Notes under the pieces: generated by a model
The model's input: the letters and a program-made list of their open reading frames with translations, nothing else
What the model was told of the DNA's origin: nothing
Databases searched by the model: none
Part shown: positions 63,066 to 64,000 of the stretch, in pieces
Layout: the number at the start of each line of letters is the position of its first letter
How positions within the stretch are numbered: position 1 is the stretch's first letter
NCBI GenBank assembly: GCA_965200245.1
Contig: CBDATS010000004.1
Span: 896,001 to 960,000, forward strand
From: a bacterium
GTDB taxonomy: Bacteria > UBA8248
Length of the DNA stretch: 64,000 nucleotides
Direction: 5' to 3'
Program-made: the position numbers and the translations under genes

Positions 63066-64000
63066 TCACCCGCCCCGGCGCTGCGAGAATTTTCTCCCGA
63101 AAATACCGGAAGCGATCACGTTTCGCTGCGCCTGGGTGGTACCACCGCCGATGGTGAACATCCGCACGTCGCGCGCCATGCGCTCAATGGGCAAATCGCG
63201 CGAATAGCCCGCCGCGCCAAAAACCTGTAGCGCGTCGTTCGTCACCTTGATCGAGGCTTCTGCCGAAAACGTCTTGGCGATGGCTGCGAGGTGCATGTCG
63301 GGGAAACCCGTTTTCGGGTCTTCCTGCACCGCTGCTCGGTGCAGGAGAAGCCGTGCCGCGTCGAGCTGGATGCGCCCGTCCGCCAGAATCCACTGAAGCC
63401 CCTGAAACTCCGAGATCGGGCGCCCGAACTGATGACGCTTTTTCGCGTATTCCACCGCTTGGGCGAAGGCACCCTCGGCGAGTCCCAAAGCCACCGTTCC
63501 GGCCCCCACCCGCTGGGCGTTGTACGCGGCCATCAGACGGCCGAAACCCACCGTCACCAAGTTCTCCTTCGGCACACGGCAGTTCTCGAAAATCTCCTCG
63601 CTCTCGGGAATCCCTCTCAGTCCCATCATGAAGGCACGCTCGCCGATCCGGAAACCCTCTGTCCCCAATTCAACGACAAGCGCGCCGATCCCCTGTTCGT
63701 CCCCCCCTTGCAACACACGGGCGAACACCAGGTTGATGCGGGAGACTCCCGCACCGGTAATCCACTTCTTCTTTCCGTTCAGGATAAATTCATCACCGTC
63801 GAGCACGGCCCTCGTCGTCATGTCAGTGGCGGCGCTTCCCGCATCGGGTTCGGTGATGACGATGGCGGGCTTGTCTCCCTGGAGCACCATCGGCAGATAC
63901 TTCCTTTTTTGTTCCTCTGTCCCGTATCTGATGATCGCCCCCACCACGCCCATGTTGCTGTCCACCACGATGCGTCCCGTAATGCCGCAGACCTTCGCCA
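63066..64000 (-). CDS. acdA: Acyl-CoA dehydrogenase-like, 3-sulfinopropanoyl-CoA desulfinase-like (5' end outside window)
   Basis: GRIVVDSNMG, GDKPAIVITEPDAGSAA, GLRGIPE, AYNAQRVGA, RDVRMFTIGGGT (no catalytic Glu). Confidence 0.65.
   Translation of the reverse strand, partial: AKVCGITGRIVVDSNMGVVGAIIRYGTEEQKRKYLPMVLQGDKPAIVITEPDAGSAATDMTTRAVLDGDEFILNGKKKWITGAGVSRINLVFARVLQGGDEQGIGALVVELGTEGFRIGERAFMMGLRGIPESEEIFENCRVPKENLVTVGFGRLMAAYNAQRVGAGTVALGLAEGAFAQAVEYAKKRHQFGRPISEFQGLQWILADGRIQLDAARLLLHRAAVQEDPKTGFPDMHLAAIAKTFSAEASIKVTNDALQVFGAAGYSRDLPIERMARDVRMFTIGGGTTQAQRNVIASGIFGRKFSQRRGG

Overview
GC-rich bacterial chromosome segment. Housekeeping loci (tmRNA-smpB-rnr-phosphatase-polA; kdsD; yebC-ruvCAB; ppk1-ppx) are interleaved with many catabolic genes: an amidase, an alpha/beta hydrolase, crotonases including an HmfE-like protein, a CoA ligase, a CoA transferase, acyl-CoA dehydrogenases, ABC/TTT/MFS transporters, a DUF3604 metallohydrolase, ArsM and an isonitrile hydratase-like protein. 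There are two type II TA modules (HigBA-ImmA, VapBC) with visible promoters and operators, degenerate REP-like palindromes, and many decayed genes (frameshifted ppx, tctC and DUF3604; an amber-interrupted TAT-exported SBP; remnants of a sulfatase, a bacteriocin-type ABC exporter, a TrlF-like ATPase, a helicase and a Sel1 protein). The best candidates for undescribed systems are (i) tandem paralogous cobalamin/2x[4Fe-4S] QueG/RdhA-fold proteins next to a CaiB CoA transferase and a TTT transporter (22.7-29 kb), and (ii) a coupled pair of FprA/ODP-like metallo-beta-lactamase-fold proteins, one lacking its His ligands, followed by RidA (30.7-32.9 kb). All family calls come from motif recognition by eye; no database search was run.
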